Below, in pieces: positions 49,734 to 62,648 of a stretch of 64,000 nucleotides of DNA. Both the position numbers and the translations under genes were made by a program. How positions within the stretch are numbered: position 1 is the first letter of the stretch; each line of letters begins with the position of its first letter. The notes under the pieces are model-generated. The model had not been told where the DNA came from. It was given only the letters and a program-made list of their open reading frames with translations, and made no database searches. The stretch is from an uncultured Gemmatimonadales bacterium. GTDB taxonomy: Bacteria; Gemmatimonadota; Gemmatimonadetes; Palauibacterales; Palauibacteraceae. The stretch lies in contig CAWANJ010000006.1 of assembly GCA_963783385.1 (NCBI GenBank), positions 96,001 to 160,000 of the forward strand. The letters are read 5' to 3'.

Positions 49734-50437
49734 TGGACCGACGAGACTTCATCACCGTGGGAGGCGGCGCGCTGGCGGCGCTCCTGGCAGCGTGCAACTC
49801 GGAGGGGCCTCCGGCCGCGAAGGGCGTCCTCGAGTTCGCCCGCCGCAAGAACCAGGACGTCGAGGAGGCGCTCTTCCGCCACCTCACCATGGACCACGTG
49901 AAGGAGGGCGGACGGCTGGCCGGGGACGCGCTCCCCCGCTACTACGTGTCGCCCACCGTGCCCGTGTGGGACCCGTCGCTCCGGGGCGCGTGGAAGCTCG
50001 AGGTGGGGGGCGCCGTGCGGAATCCGCTCACCCTGCGGATGGACGACCTGCGGGGCCTGCCGTCGGTGACCCAGCGCGTGAACCACTACTGCGTGGAGGG
50101 CTGGACCGCGCTCACCGAGTGGACGGGCGTCCGGGTGAGCCTGCTGGCCAAGCTCGCCGAAGCCCGGCCGGACGCGAAGTTCGTCGACTTCCAGTCCTTC
50201 GACTCCGGCTACCACGAGAGCTGGGACCTGGCCAGCGCCCTCCACCCCCAGACCCTGATCTGCTACGAGTACGAGGGCTCGCCGCTCACGCCCGGCCGGG
50301 GAGCGCCGGCCCGCCTCCACTCACCGGTCAAGCTCGGCTACAAGAGCGTCAAGTACCTGACGCGGATCGTGTTCCTCCCCCACCCGAACGGGGGCTACTG
50401 GACCGACCGCGGCTACGAGTGGTTCGCCGGGACCTGA
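49733..50437 (+). CDS. Molybdopterin oxidoreductase (MsrP/sulfite oxidase family), Tat lipoprotein
   Basis: MDRRDF...LAAC; HYCVEGW; [18 protein letters not shown]; GGYWTDRGY. Confidence 0.9.
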   Translation: MDRRDFITVGGGALAALLAACNSEGPPAAKGVLEFARRKNQDVEEALFRHLTMDHVKEGGRLAGDALPRYYVSPTVPVWDPSLRGAWKLEVGGAVRNPLTLRMDDLRGLPSVTQRVNHYCVEGWTALTEWTGVRVSLLAKLAEARPDAKFVDFQSFDSGYHESWDLASALHPQTLICYEYEGSPLTPGRGAPARLHSPVKLGYKSVKYLTRIVFLPHPNGGYWTDRGYEWFAGT

Positions 50438-50439
50438 GC

Positions 50440-52493
<2,054 letters not shown>

Positions 52494-52766
52494 GCCGACC
52501 GCGTGCTCCTGGTCTCGGGACCTCCGGACCCTCCCGGGCCGGCACGTGTCCGCCGCGGCGGCGCCCGGAAGGTCCGGTGGGACACGCCTAATTATGCGGG
52601 CCCCTTCCCCGTCAGAGAAGCGGTAGGGCCGGGAGCCTGCCCTCGTCTCCCGCCACCCCTCCGACCCGGGCCCCCGAGCGGGGGCAAGTAGTGGGCAGGT
52701 CCTGCAATCGCTAGATTGGGAGGCCGCGCGCCGCCCGGTGCGTGCAGCATCCGTGCGAGGCGAAGG

Positions 52767-53955
52767 ATGGACTCACGCGACGCCGCAACGACCCCGGCCC
52801 CAGCGGCCCACGGTCACCCCCACGCCCCGGCGGCCCACGCCCGGCCGGCGACCGCTCGGTCGGCCATTTCCTTCACGGCCGCCGAGCGGCTTCGCCTGGC
52901 GGGCCTGTACGGCTTCATCGCCCTCCTCCACCTGATCGGTTGGGGGCTGTTCCTGTACTACGCGTCCCGCTACACAGCGCTCGTGGGACTCGGCGCCGTG
53001 GCCTACCTGTTCGGTCTCCGACACGCCTTCGATGCCGACCACATCGCGGCGGTCGACGACACCGTCCGCTTCCTGCTCAAGGACGATCGCCGGCCCCTCG
53101 GAGTCGGGTTCTTCTTCTCGCTGGGGCACTCGACGGTCGTCGCCGGGCTCGCCGTGGTGATCCTGTTCGCCGCCGCGGCCGTGAAGCAGCACCTGCCCGC
53201 GATGCAGAACATCGGAGGCCTGATCGGAGCGGGCGTGTCGGGCACGTTCCTGTGGATCATCGGGATCCTCAACCTCCTGGTGCTGTTCGACATTCTGAAG
53301 GTCTGGCAGGGAACGCGGGCCGGCCATCACACGCACGAGCACGTCGAGGAGCTCCTGGCCCGCCGCGGCTTCCTGAACCGGCTGTTCGGCCGTCGCCTCC
53401 AGGGGGTCATCCGGCGAGAGCTGGCACATGTATCCCGTGGGGCTCCTGTTCGGACTCGGGTTCGACACCGCCTCGGAGGTCGGGCTCCTCGCCATGACCG
53501 CCGGCGCCTCGACCAGCGACCTCCCCTGGCCGGCCGTCCTCTCCCTGCCCGTCCTGTTCGCGGCCGGCATGTCGCTGATGGACACGACCGACGGCGTCCT
53601 CATGTGCAAGGCGTACGACTGGGCCTTCGTGAACCCACTGCGCAAGATCTACTACAACCTCACCACCACCAGCCTGTCGATCCTCGTGGCCCTGGTCATC
53701 GGCACGGTGGAGCTGGCCCGGGTGATGGTCGGCATGACGGGTGCTCGGGGACCGGTGGCCGACTTCCTGGCCGGCATCGACTTCGGGAGCCTGGGGTACC
53801 TCGTGGTCGGACTCTTCCTGCTCGCGTGGGCGATCTCCGTGGCGGTGTGGAAGTTCGGGCGCTTCGAGGAGCGGTACGGAGCCGCGCCGGTGGCGCATGC
53901 CCACGAGCACACCCACGAGGGCGGGCTCACGCACACCCACCGCCACTTCCACTAG
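52767..53955 (+). CDS. HoxN/HupN/NixA (NiCoT) nickel/cobalt transporter (frameshift near 53415)
   Basis: [31 protein letters not shown], His-rich tail HAHEHTHE...HTHRHFH. Confidence 0.92.
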
Positions 53956-54118
53956 GGCCAAACGGCCCGGCAGCTTCGCACCCGGCGACGGAACCTTTGC
54001 GGGCGTGGCCACTAACCATACCATCCCCGGACGGCATGCGGTCGGCGCCACGCCTCGAAGGCGAGCCGGCCGGCCGGGAGGATCCGGTTGGCAGGTGGAC
54101 CGCGAACGGGAGCGAGCG

Positions 54119-55138
<1,020 letters not shown>

Positions 55139-55486
55139 GCTTCCGTTCTCCATGCCGGTGGCTTTTCGATAATGCGGAGCGCTCGGCATTCCCTGCACGG
55201 CATCCATGAGGTCCGGGAAGGCTGATCGCTTTACGGTACCGTCAAGCGCCCTTTCCATCGGGGAAAGAAGGACATCCGGTTCCCCCCAGCCCTCCGGCCG
55301 CTCGCTGACCCGCCCCCGCCGCGGCCTCCTGAACACGGTGCAGGATCGTGCAAGAAGTCTCGTGAACTGCGCCTGTCGTCGCCCACGGACCGCCGGCGGC
55401 GGCGGGCCGTCAGGCCATGGATGATTCGCAACAACGTCCTGCCTCACGGGGAGATGGGACGTCCACGGCCGTGCGCCTTCGGCAGC

Positions 55487-55501
55487 TGGCACCTCGGTTG
55501 C
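55487..55501 (+). promoter_or_regulatory. Sigma54 -24/-12 promoter
   Basis: TGGCACCTCGGTTGC (GG-N10-GC, near-perfect consensus) upstream of the pilin operon. Confidence 0.8.
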
Positions 55502-55592
55502 CCCTCCGCCCGCTGAGCGCCGGTCCGGACGGAGAGCCGATCCCGACCCGGCCGAACGGTCGAACCGCCGATCCTGACACGGAGGTCCCTGG

Positions 55593-56213
55593 GTGCCCGT
55601 CCGATCTCGATGCCACACGCGTTCGAGCGACGCGGCCGATGCCGCGTCCCTCGCGGAGGTCGCCCACCGGGGCTTCACCCTGGTCGAGCTGCTCATCGCT
55701 CTCACGCTCATGTCGATCCTGGCCGCCGTCGCGATCCCCAACATGGGCATCGGGCGCCACCAGGCGGAGGCGGCCATGCAGACGCTGGGCTCGGACCTCC
55801 TGGCCGCCCAGCGCATGGCCATCACGCGCCAGCACGACATCATCGTCGAGTTCGACGTCGACCAGCGCACGATCCACATCGTCGACGACGCCAACAACGA
55901 CGGCACGCACCAGAGCGACGAGCACCAGAGCTCGCACTCCCTGGGTGACGGCGTGGCGTTCGGCCGCGGCGGCGCACCCGCACATCCGATCGGCCCGGGA
56001 CCGATCACCTTTACGCAGCGGACCAATGGCAATCCGAGCGTAACGTTCCACCGCGACGGCAGCGCCAGCGAGGCCGGCGGAATCTACGTCCAGTCGGCAC
56101 GCGACCTGGCCGCCGGGAGCGCCGATGGGGCGCGACTGCTGGTCGTGGACCGCGCCACGGGCCGGGCGTCCTGGTTCCGCTGCTCCGGTGGGGCCTGGCA
56201 ACGGGGGTTCTGA
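55593..56213 (+). CDS. FimT/GspH-like minor pilin (start uncertain; possibly ATG 55639 plus an indel)
   Basis: RG|FTLVELLIAL prepilin cleavage motif; VTFHRDG. Confidence 0.85.
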   Translation: MPVRSRCHTRSSDAADAASLAEVAHRGFTLVELLIALTLMSILAAVAIPNMGIGRHQAEAAMQTLGSDLLAAQRMAITRQHDIIVEFDVDQRTIHIVDDANNDGTHQSDEHQSSHSLGDGVAFGRGGAPAHPIGPGPITFTQRTNGNPSVTFHRDGSASEAGGIYVQSARDLAAGSADGARLLVVDRATGRASWFRCSGGAWQRGF

Positions 56214-56605
56214 TGAAGGAAGAGCTCCGCATGGAGCGAGGCTTCACGCTGATCGAGGTCATGGTGGCGCTGGTCATCCTGGCCGTCGTCCTCCTCGGCC
56301 TGGGCGCCGCTACGGGTACACTGGTCAGTCGCGTCGCCGACAGCGGCCGAAAGGAGGTCGCCGTGGAGCTCACGCAGGACCGGCTGACGCGAATCCAGAT
56401 CGACCCCGCGTACGACAGCCTCGAGGCACGCTACGCCTCGACGGGCGATTCCGTCCCCGGCCATCCGGGCTTCACCCTGTCCACGAGCATCGTGCACTGG
56501 GGCGGCTCGAACCAGGCCGAGGACTACAAGGTGGTGACCGTGCAGGTCGACGCGATCGGCCTCGCCAAACCGGTGGAGCGCACGGTAACCGTGGGGGCGC
56601 CATGA
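56213..56605 (+). CDS. PilV-like minor pilin
   Basis: RG|FTLIEVMVALVIL. Confidence 0.88.
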   Translation: MKEELRMERGFTLIEVMVALVILAVVLLGLGAATGTLVSRVADSGRKEVAVELTQDRLTRIQIDPAYDSLEARYASTGDSVPGHPGFTLSTSIVHWGGSNQAEDYKVVTVQVDAIGLAKPVERTVTVGAP

Positions 56606-57819
56606 CGATCCCGACCCAGGAAGCCGGCCAACGCCGGACCGAAGCGGGCTTCTCGCTCGTCGAGCTCCTCATCGCGCTCGTGGTCATGAGTCTCGTGACC
56701 GCGGCGGCCCTGGGCTTCTTCCGTGCCCAGAGCGCCGGGTTCCGCAGGGGCACCGAGCGATTCACGGTGATGCAGAACGCGCGATTCGCCGTGAACGCGC
56801 TCGAGAAGGACCTGCGCACGGCCGGCGGCCACCTCACCGATGGGCAGCCGGCGCTGGTCTACGCCGACTCGCTCACGGTGACGTTCAACGCGGACTTCGC
56901 CACCAACGACGCCAACGACGCCTTCGCCATCTACTACGAGCCGGAGGCCCCCGACTCGGCCGTGACCTCGCTGGGCGCCGCGGACGCCATCCAGATCCCC
57001 GGCACCACCTTCACCTATCCCGACACGACCTACCGGTCGGGCGGGACGGCGGGGGCGAAGAGCGCCGCCGAGACGATCACGTTCGTGTTCCGGCCCGATT
57101 CGACCACGGCCCGCGCGGACGACTGGGTGCTGCTGCGGCAGGTCAACGACCAGGCACCGGAGCTCGTCGCCAGGAACCTGCTCCGCTCGGCGGATGGCCC
57201 CTTCCTCCAATACGAGCACGAGATCACCCCGGCTTCGGGCCTGGCGTCGATCGATACCGTGCCGGCGTCGGACCTGCCGCTCGAGCACTCGGTGGCCATG
57301 CACGGGTCGCCGGCGGACACGGGCTCGGCAGCGCTCATCGACAGCGTCCGCGCGGTTCAGATCCGGCTCACGGCCACCAACGGCCAGCAGGGCGCCGACG
57401 AGCGCACCGAGGCCATGACGCGGCTGGTGCGCGTCCCGAACAACGGGATCACGGTCCGAAAGACATGCGGCGACGAGCCCATCCTGGGCACGAGCCTCAC
57501 GGCCACGCCGGGCAACCTGACCAGCGGGGACCCCCAGATCACGCTGACCTGGAGCGCGGCCACCGACGAATCGGGTGGCGAGAAGGACGTCGTCCGCTAC
57601 GTGCTCTGGCGGCGTCCGGCGGGCGGGAGCGAGTGGGGCGATCCTCTACTCAGCATCCCATCCGGACACAGCTCGTACACGTACACCGACACCCAAATCC
57701 AGGGCGGGAGCAGCTACGACTACGCCCTCGCGGCGCAGGATTGCACGCCCACGCTCTCGTCCCTGACCACGGCTCTTTCGGTGACGGCGCCGATGCCGAC
57801 GAGCCCGCCAGGAGGTTGA
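56602..57819 (+). CDS. PilW-like minor pilin with a C-terminal FN3-like domain
   Basis: AG|FSLVELLIAL, LEKDLRTAG; ITLTWSA...YVLWRR...YTYTD...YDYALAA. Confidence 0.85.
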   Translation: MTIPTQEAGQRRTEAGFSLVELLIALVVMSLVTAAALGFFRAQSAGFRRGTERFTVMQNARFAVNALEKDLRTAGGHLTDGQPALVYADSLTVTFNADFATNDANDAFAIYYEPEAPDSAVTSLGAADAIQIPGTTFTYPDTTYRSGGTAGAKSAAETITFVFRPDSTTARADDWVLLRQVNDQAPELVARNLLRSADGPFLQYEHEITPASGLASIDTVPASDLPLEHSVAMHGSPADTGSAALIDSVRAVQIRLTATNGQQGADERTEAMTRLVRVPNNGITVRKTCGDEPILGTSLTATPGNLTSGDPQITLTWSAATDESGGEKDVVRYVLWRRPAGGSEWGDPLLSIPSGHSSYTYTDTQIQGGSSYDYALAAQDCTPTLSSLTTALSVTAPMPTSPPGG

Positions 57820-57822
57820 GCC

Positions 57823-59726
57823 ATGCTGGATAATTCATCCCGCCCGACCAGATCCGCGCCTACCGGGCAGATCCCGCCCCTCCGGGAACCCGGAAGGGCG
57901 AGGAGGGCTTCGCGCTGCTCTTCGTGCTGTTGCTGGCCATGGCGGTGGCGGCGCTGGCCATCGGCGCCACGATGGTACAGTCGAACACGACGCTGATCTC
58001 GCGCTACCAGTCCCAGAACAGCGTCCTCGAGACGGTGGCCGACGCGGGTCTCGAGCAGGCGCGATCGGAGGTCAACGCCAACGATTCCCTGTACCCGGAC
58101 TCGGGCTACGACACGCTGGAGAACGAGGCGCGGGTGTACGATGCTTCCGGCAACCAGATTCCGGACGTCCGTCGCAGTATCTGGGTAGGACCCAGCGGCA
58201 TCACCACCGGCCAGTACGGTGTGTTCGGCAGCATCGTGGTCGAGGCGAGAGACTCGCACGGCAACAAGGTGGTCCGCCGGCAGGAGATCCGTCAGGAGAG
58301 CTTCGCCAAGTACGCCTACTTCACCGACATCGAGCCGTCGAACATCGCGTTCGGGAGCGGGGACCAGATCTTCGGACCGGTACACTCGAACGACTACATC
58401 AAGATCTACGCGTCGGGCGCCACGTTCTGGAACCACGTCACCACCGCCAAGACTGTGCAGGGCGCCCAGTACGCCAGCTTCCCGCAGGGATACACCGAGA
58501 ACGCGCCCACCATCCCGATGCCCAAGACGGCGGATCTGAACAAGCTCCGCCAACAGGCGCAGGCCGGTCACACCTATTTCTCGGGCGACAACAACGGCGC
58601 GCCCGGACAGGCCACCACCCGCATCGAGTTCCTGGCCATCGACCTGAACGGCGACGGCAAGATCAACGGCGACAACGAAGGCTTCATCCGCGTCTACCAG
58701 TCCTCCGACGCCGGCTGGGTCGTGGCCGACATGCCGGAGACGTGCTCATGGTTCGGCTGCACGCCGGCCTCGGACCTGAGGAGCTCCATCAACTGCGGCC
58801 ACTACCACAACCCCGGCACCGCCAACGACACCTTCGTGGTGGCCGCGGACCACCCGTCCAGCGGCGGTGGTGGCGGCGGGCGCGGCGGGCGCGGCGGACG
58901 TGGGGGCGGCGGTGGCGGCACCACCACGGACTCCTGGGTGGCGGCGGTCTCCAACAGCGGTCGGCGCTGCTACCTGGGCGGGTCCGACTCCCTGTCGAAC
59001 GGGTTCGTGGCCACCGACACCCTGGGCGGCTGGGTGGCGTGGAACGGCCCCTCCTACACGCTCCCGGTGAGCCGCGCCGACCACAGCTACCTGATGCCGA
59101 TCAGCCGCGCTCTCAACCCGGACTTCAAGGGCGTGATCTTCGTGGATGGCAACGTGGCGATCAGCGGCGTGCTGAGGGGAAAGGTGACGGTGGCCGCCAC
59201 CGGAGACATCGTGATCGCGGACGACATGACCTACGCGACCGATCCGGGCGCGGGGACCTGCAACGACCTCCTGGGGCTGTTCTCCGGCAACGACGTGGTG
59301 GTGGCCGACAACACCATCAACTCGCCGGAAGAGGGCACCGGCGCGTCCTCCTGGTTCACCTACGACGACACCAAGGACGAGTTCATCCAGGGCGTGGTGC
59401 TGGCGCTGAACCAGTTCACGGTGGAGAACTATCAGTACGGCGCCGACAAGGCGGAGGCCTGCGAGGGAACTCTGACGGGGCGCGGCTGTCTCTACCTGAC
59501 GGGAGGCATCATCCAGAAGACCCGCGGACCGGTCGGCACGGAATACGTCTACTCTCCCGGGGGCACGGGCTACATCAAGCGCTATTCGTACGACGCGTGC
59601 GCGGCCACGAGCCCCCCTCCGTACTTCCCGACCACCGGCCACTTCACGCGGGGCGTCTACTACGAGGTCGATCCGTCGAACTTCAGCGTCGCGTCGTTGT
59701 TCCAGAGCCTGACGCCAGGCTCCTAG
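57823..59726 (+). CDS. PilX-like minor pilin with a large C-terminal domain (indel near the start)
   Basis: EG|FALLFVLL (no Glu5), ADAGLEQA, FAKYAYFTD, GPVHSN, GGIIQKTRG, PPPYFP. Confidence 0.8.
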
Positions 59727-59758
59727 TCACCGCCGGGGCGGGCGCCCCGTCGACGGGA

Positions 59759-59992
59759 TCAGGACGCCCGCCCCTCTCGAATCGTCCGGACGACCTCCTC
59801 CGGGTCGGCGTGCCGGCCCGTCCGCTTCTTGGAGTACACCAGGCGACCGTCGACCATGACTTCGAACACGCCGCCTCCGGACGCGATGAGCTCGATCTCG
59901 GGGTCGTCGAACGCCTCTTCGAGCCTGGCCGCCAGCCTGGCGGCGCGGGGCCCGTAGTCTCAAACCGTGCAATACTCGATGCTCACCTTCAT
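59759..59992 (-). CDS. SelW/SelT/SelH (Rdx) family selenoprotein, CxxU
   Basis: MKVSIEYCTV-TGA-DYGPRAARLA...ELIASGGGVFEVMVDGRLVYSKKRTGRH; in-frame TGA at 59960-59962. Confidence 0.9.
59929..59945 (-). promoter_or_regulatory. Candidate bacterial SECIS hairpin
   Basis: GCCGCC-AGGCT-GGCGGC begins about 15 nt after the UGA and has a G in the loop. Confidence 0.65.
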
Positions 59993-60069
59993 CCTGATCC
60001 TCCGCGCTGATGCGTCTTCGGCGACGACGTCGCGGACGTGGGCCCACGCCCGCCTCAGGGAAGGACAGG

Positions 60070-61273
60070 GTGCGGGATCGCGGGCCCGGGGGCAACGCGG
60101 CGGCCGGGGTGCTGCTCCCTCACAACCCGCGCCTGCCCCGCGACCGCAGACTGCGTCCGCGCCGGCCCGCCATCCTGCTGGCCGCGGGTCTGGCGTGCTT
60201 CGGCCTCTCGCACCTGCTGACGCGTACGCCGGGCCTCGTCGAGGGCGTCTACGGCGCGGGGATCGGGCCCTGGATCGCCCTCGGACTCTCCCGAGCGACG
60301 GGCTGGATCCCCTTCCCCGTCGCGGAGGTGCTGCTGGCCGGCAGCGTCACCGCTTACCTGATCCTGTCGGGCTCGGGCCGGCCTGCAGCTCGTGCGGCGG
60401 CGACGGCGGCTCCGCAACGCGCTGGGGGGCGCCGCCCTTCGGGTGGTCGCTGACGCCGGACTCGTGGCCACCCTCTTCTACCTTCTCTGGGGCTTCAACT
60501 ACTCCCGTCCACCGTTGGGAAAGCAACTCGATCTCCCGTCGGGAACGGGAGCGGACACGGCGGAGATCGCGGTGCTCGCCCGGCAGGAGATTCGGGCCAC
60601 GAACGCGGCCTACCTGGCCATCCACGGGGTCTCCGACGCCGGTGTGCCTACCTGGATCGACGAGAGCCGGAGCGTCCTCAGGCGGGGCCTGGAGGAGGGC
60701 TGGCGCCGGGCGATCGGCGAGATCGGGCTTCCGGCTTCCCTCGCCCTGCCGCGGGGACCCGTCAAGCGCTTCGTCCCGCCCGACGTTCCGAGCCGCGTCG
60801 GCATCTCGGGCTTCTACTTCCCGTGGACCGGAGAGGCGGTCGTGGACGGGGGCGCGCCGGCGCTCCTGCTTCCCTTCGACATGCAGCACGAGAAGGCGCA
60901 CCAGCGCGGCGCCGCGCCGGAGAACGAGGCCAGCTTCCTGGGCTGGATGGCGGCGACACGATCGCCCGACCCGTACGTGGCGTACGCCGGCCACGCCATG
61001 GCCCAGCTCACCTTCGTGGGCATCCTGGCCCGACGGGACCGCCGGGCGGCCCGGGCGCTCGTCGCCGAGCGCCTCCCGGGCGTCCGGCGGGACATCCGGG
61101 ACTACGCCGATTACATCCAGCGAGTCGAGGTCCACGTGGCGGCCGAGGCCAGCCGCACGGTCAACAACGCCTACCTGCATGCGAACCAGGTCCCGGGCGG
61201 CATCGCCAGCTATGGCCGGGTGGCGCGACTACTGGTGGCCTGGTCGCGAGCACATGGAGGACATCTGCAATGA
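60070..61273 (+). CDS. DUF3810-like membrane-anchored putative zincin (frameshift near 60390)
   Basis: VEGVYG...IPFPVAE, LWGFNYSR, GISGFYFPWTGEA, HEKAHQRG, ENEASF. Confidence 0.8.
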
Positions 61274-61363
61274 AGCGCGTGCCGGAGCGCCGCGGGCACC
61301 GACGGGCCCGGATGTAGCATTCGTACCACACGGTCGGGCGACCTCGCCCGTACCGACTCACCC

Positions 61364-61443
61364 TGTCCTATGGCGAAACACCCTTCAGGAGTGTAGGTTA
61401 GCAGGCCCTCGTCGAAACAGCCGGTGGATGGCACGAGGCGTGC
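61364..61443 (+). promoter_or_regulatory. Sigma54 promoter with a candidate enhancer
   Basis: TGGCACGAGGCGTGC at 61429-61443 (GG-N10-GC); TGT-N11-ACA at 61364-61380. Confidence 0.65.
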
Positions 61444-61538
61444 GCCTGATCGCGGGGCCTTTCACCTCCGAAGGGCCGGCCCGCGACGGGCCACCTTTCC
61501 GGCCCGGGCTGCCGGCGAACCGAAGGGCGGTCGAAGAC

Positions 61539-62036
61539 ATGGCGAGCAACTCAGCGTTCATCCCGATCGAGCTCCGACGGAGGGCGGGCGTACGTCCGGC
61601 CTCCCGCCTGGCGCGCTCCGCATCGGGGCAGAGCCTCATCGAGTTCGTGCTCGTCATCCCGATCCTCCTGCTCATCCTGTTCGGGATCATGGAGTTCGGG
61701 CGCTACTTCTACACGCGGCTCACCCTCCGGCAGGCGGTGGCGGAGGCCGCCCGCTTCGCCGTGACCGGGAACCAGCTCACCGACCCGGTCAGCGGACAGG
61801 GCCTGGGCCGGGCCAGCTCCATCGAGCACATCATCGAGCAGCGCACGGCCAGCCTGGGCGTGAGCCCATCCGACATCTCGATCTCGCCAGCCAATGGCGG
61901 AGCTCCCGAACAGGTGGTCACGATCAATGTGCACTACCACTACGACATCGCCTTTCCGTCGATCGCGAGCCTCGTCCCGAGCAGCCTCCTGGATTTCACC
62001 GTCAGCACCTCAATGCGCAATGAACCGTTCTACTGA
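61539..62036 (+). CDS. TadE-like pseudopilin
   Basis: SG|QSLIEFVLVIPILLLILFGIMEFGR...AEAARF...MRNE. Confidence 0.9.
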   Translation: MASNSAFIPIELRRRAGVRPASRLARSASGQSLIEFVLVIPILLLILFGIMEFGRYFYTRLTLRQAVAEAARFAVTGNQLTDPVSGQGLGRASSIEHIIEQRTASLGVSPSDISISPANGGAPEQVVTINVHYHYDIAFPSIASLVPSSLLDFTVSTSMRNEPFY

Positions 62037-62613
62037 GCCGGGGACGTCGCGCACTCGTCCGCGAGGGCGGATCCGGCCGCACCCGGCGAACACCCGGTCG
62101 GGCGCGGCGCGCCTGGCGCATCGGCTGGTCCGGAATCAGCGCGGCCAGGAGCTCGTGGAGATGGTGCTGGTGGCGCCGATCCTCGTCATCGTGCTGTTCG
62201 CGGTGTTCGAACTCGGGCACGCCTTCGACGTGGCCCACACGCTGGCCGGCCTCGCCCGCGAGGGAGCCAACATCGCCTCGCGGGGCACGGCGCTCGACAC
62301 GGTGCTGGGCGTCACCATGCACAACGGCGCCAGCATCGGCCTCGGGAAGGAGGGCGGCGCGGTGGTGAGCGAGCTCGAGGTTAAGGGCGGGGTGCCACGG
62401 ATCGTCAGCCAGGTGGCCAGCTCGGGCTATTCGGGCCACAGCCGTCTGGGAACGACCGGTGACCCGGCCTCGTCGCTGGCGGGGCTCGGGCTCGTGAACG
62501 GCAGGACCATCTACGCGGTGGAGGTCTTCTACTCCTACGAGCCGCTCACGCCCATCGGGCGGCTGGTTCCGGGCATGGTGCCCGGGACGGTGTACGATCG
62601 GGCCTTCTTCTGA
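62020..62613 (+). CDS. TadE/TadF-like pseudopilin
   Basis: RG|QELVEMVLVAPIL...AREGAN...YEPLTP. Confidence 0.88.
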   Translation: MNRSTEPGTSRTRPRGRIRPHPANTRSGAARLAHRLVRNQRGQELVEMVLVAPILVIVLFAVFELGHAFDVAHTLAGLAREGANIASRGTALDTVLGVTMHNGASIGLGKEGGAVVSELEVKGGVPRIVSQVASSGYSGHSRLGTTGDPASSLAGLGLVNGRTIYAVEVFYSYEPLTPIGRLVPGMVPGTVYDRAFF

Positions 62614-62648
62614 GGCCCGGCGATCCAGGGACTGCGAGGGTAGCGTTC

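Noticed and set aside
52500-52766. Cobalamin or NiCo riboswitch upstream of the NiCoT gene
   Set aside because: A CCTGCCC/GGGCAGG stem exists, but there is no B12 box or NiCo junction consensus.
53956-54118. NAD+ (nadA motif) riboswitch upstream of nadA
   Set aside because: I could not find the conserved ACAACCCCGUAGG-like core; only generic GC hairpins. An Rfam cmscan would settle it.
61340-61445. c-di-GMP riboswitch before tadE
   Set aside because: Superficial two-hairpin layout, but it lacks the GCAAA/GNRA-receptor pattern. A sigma54 promoter explains the sequence better.
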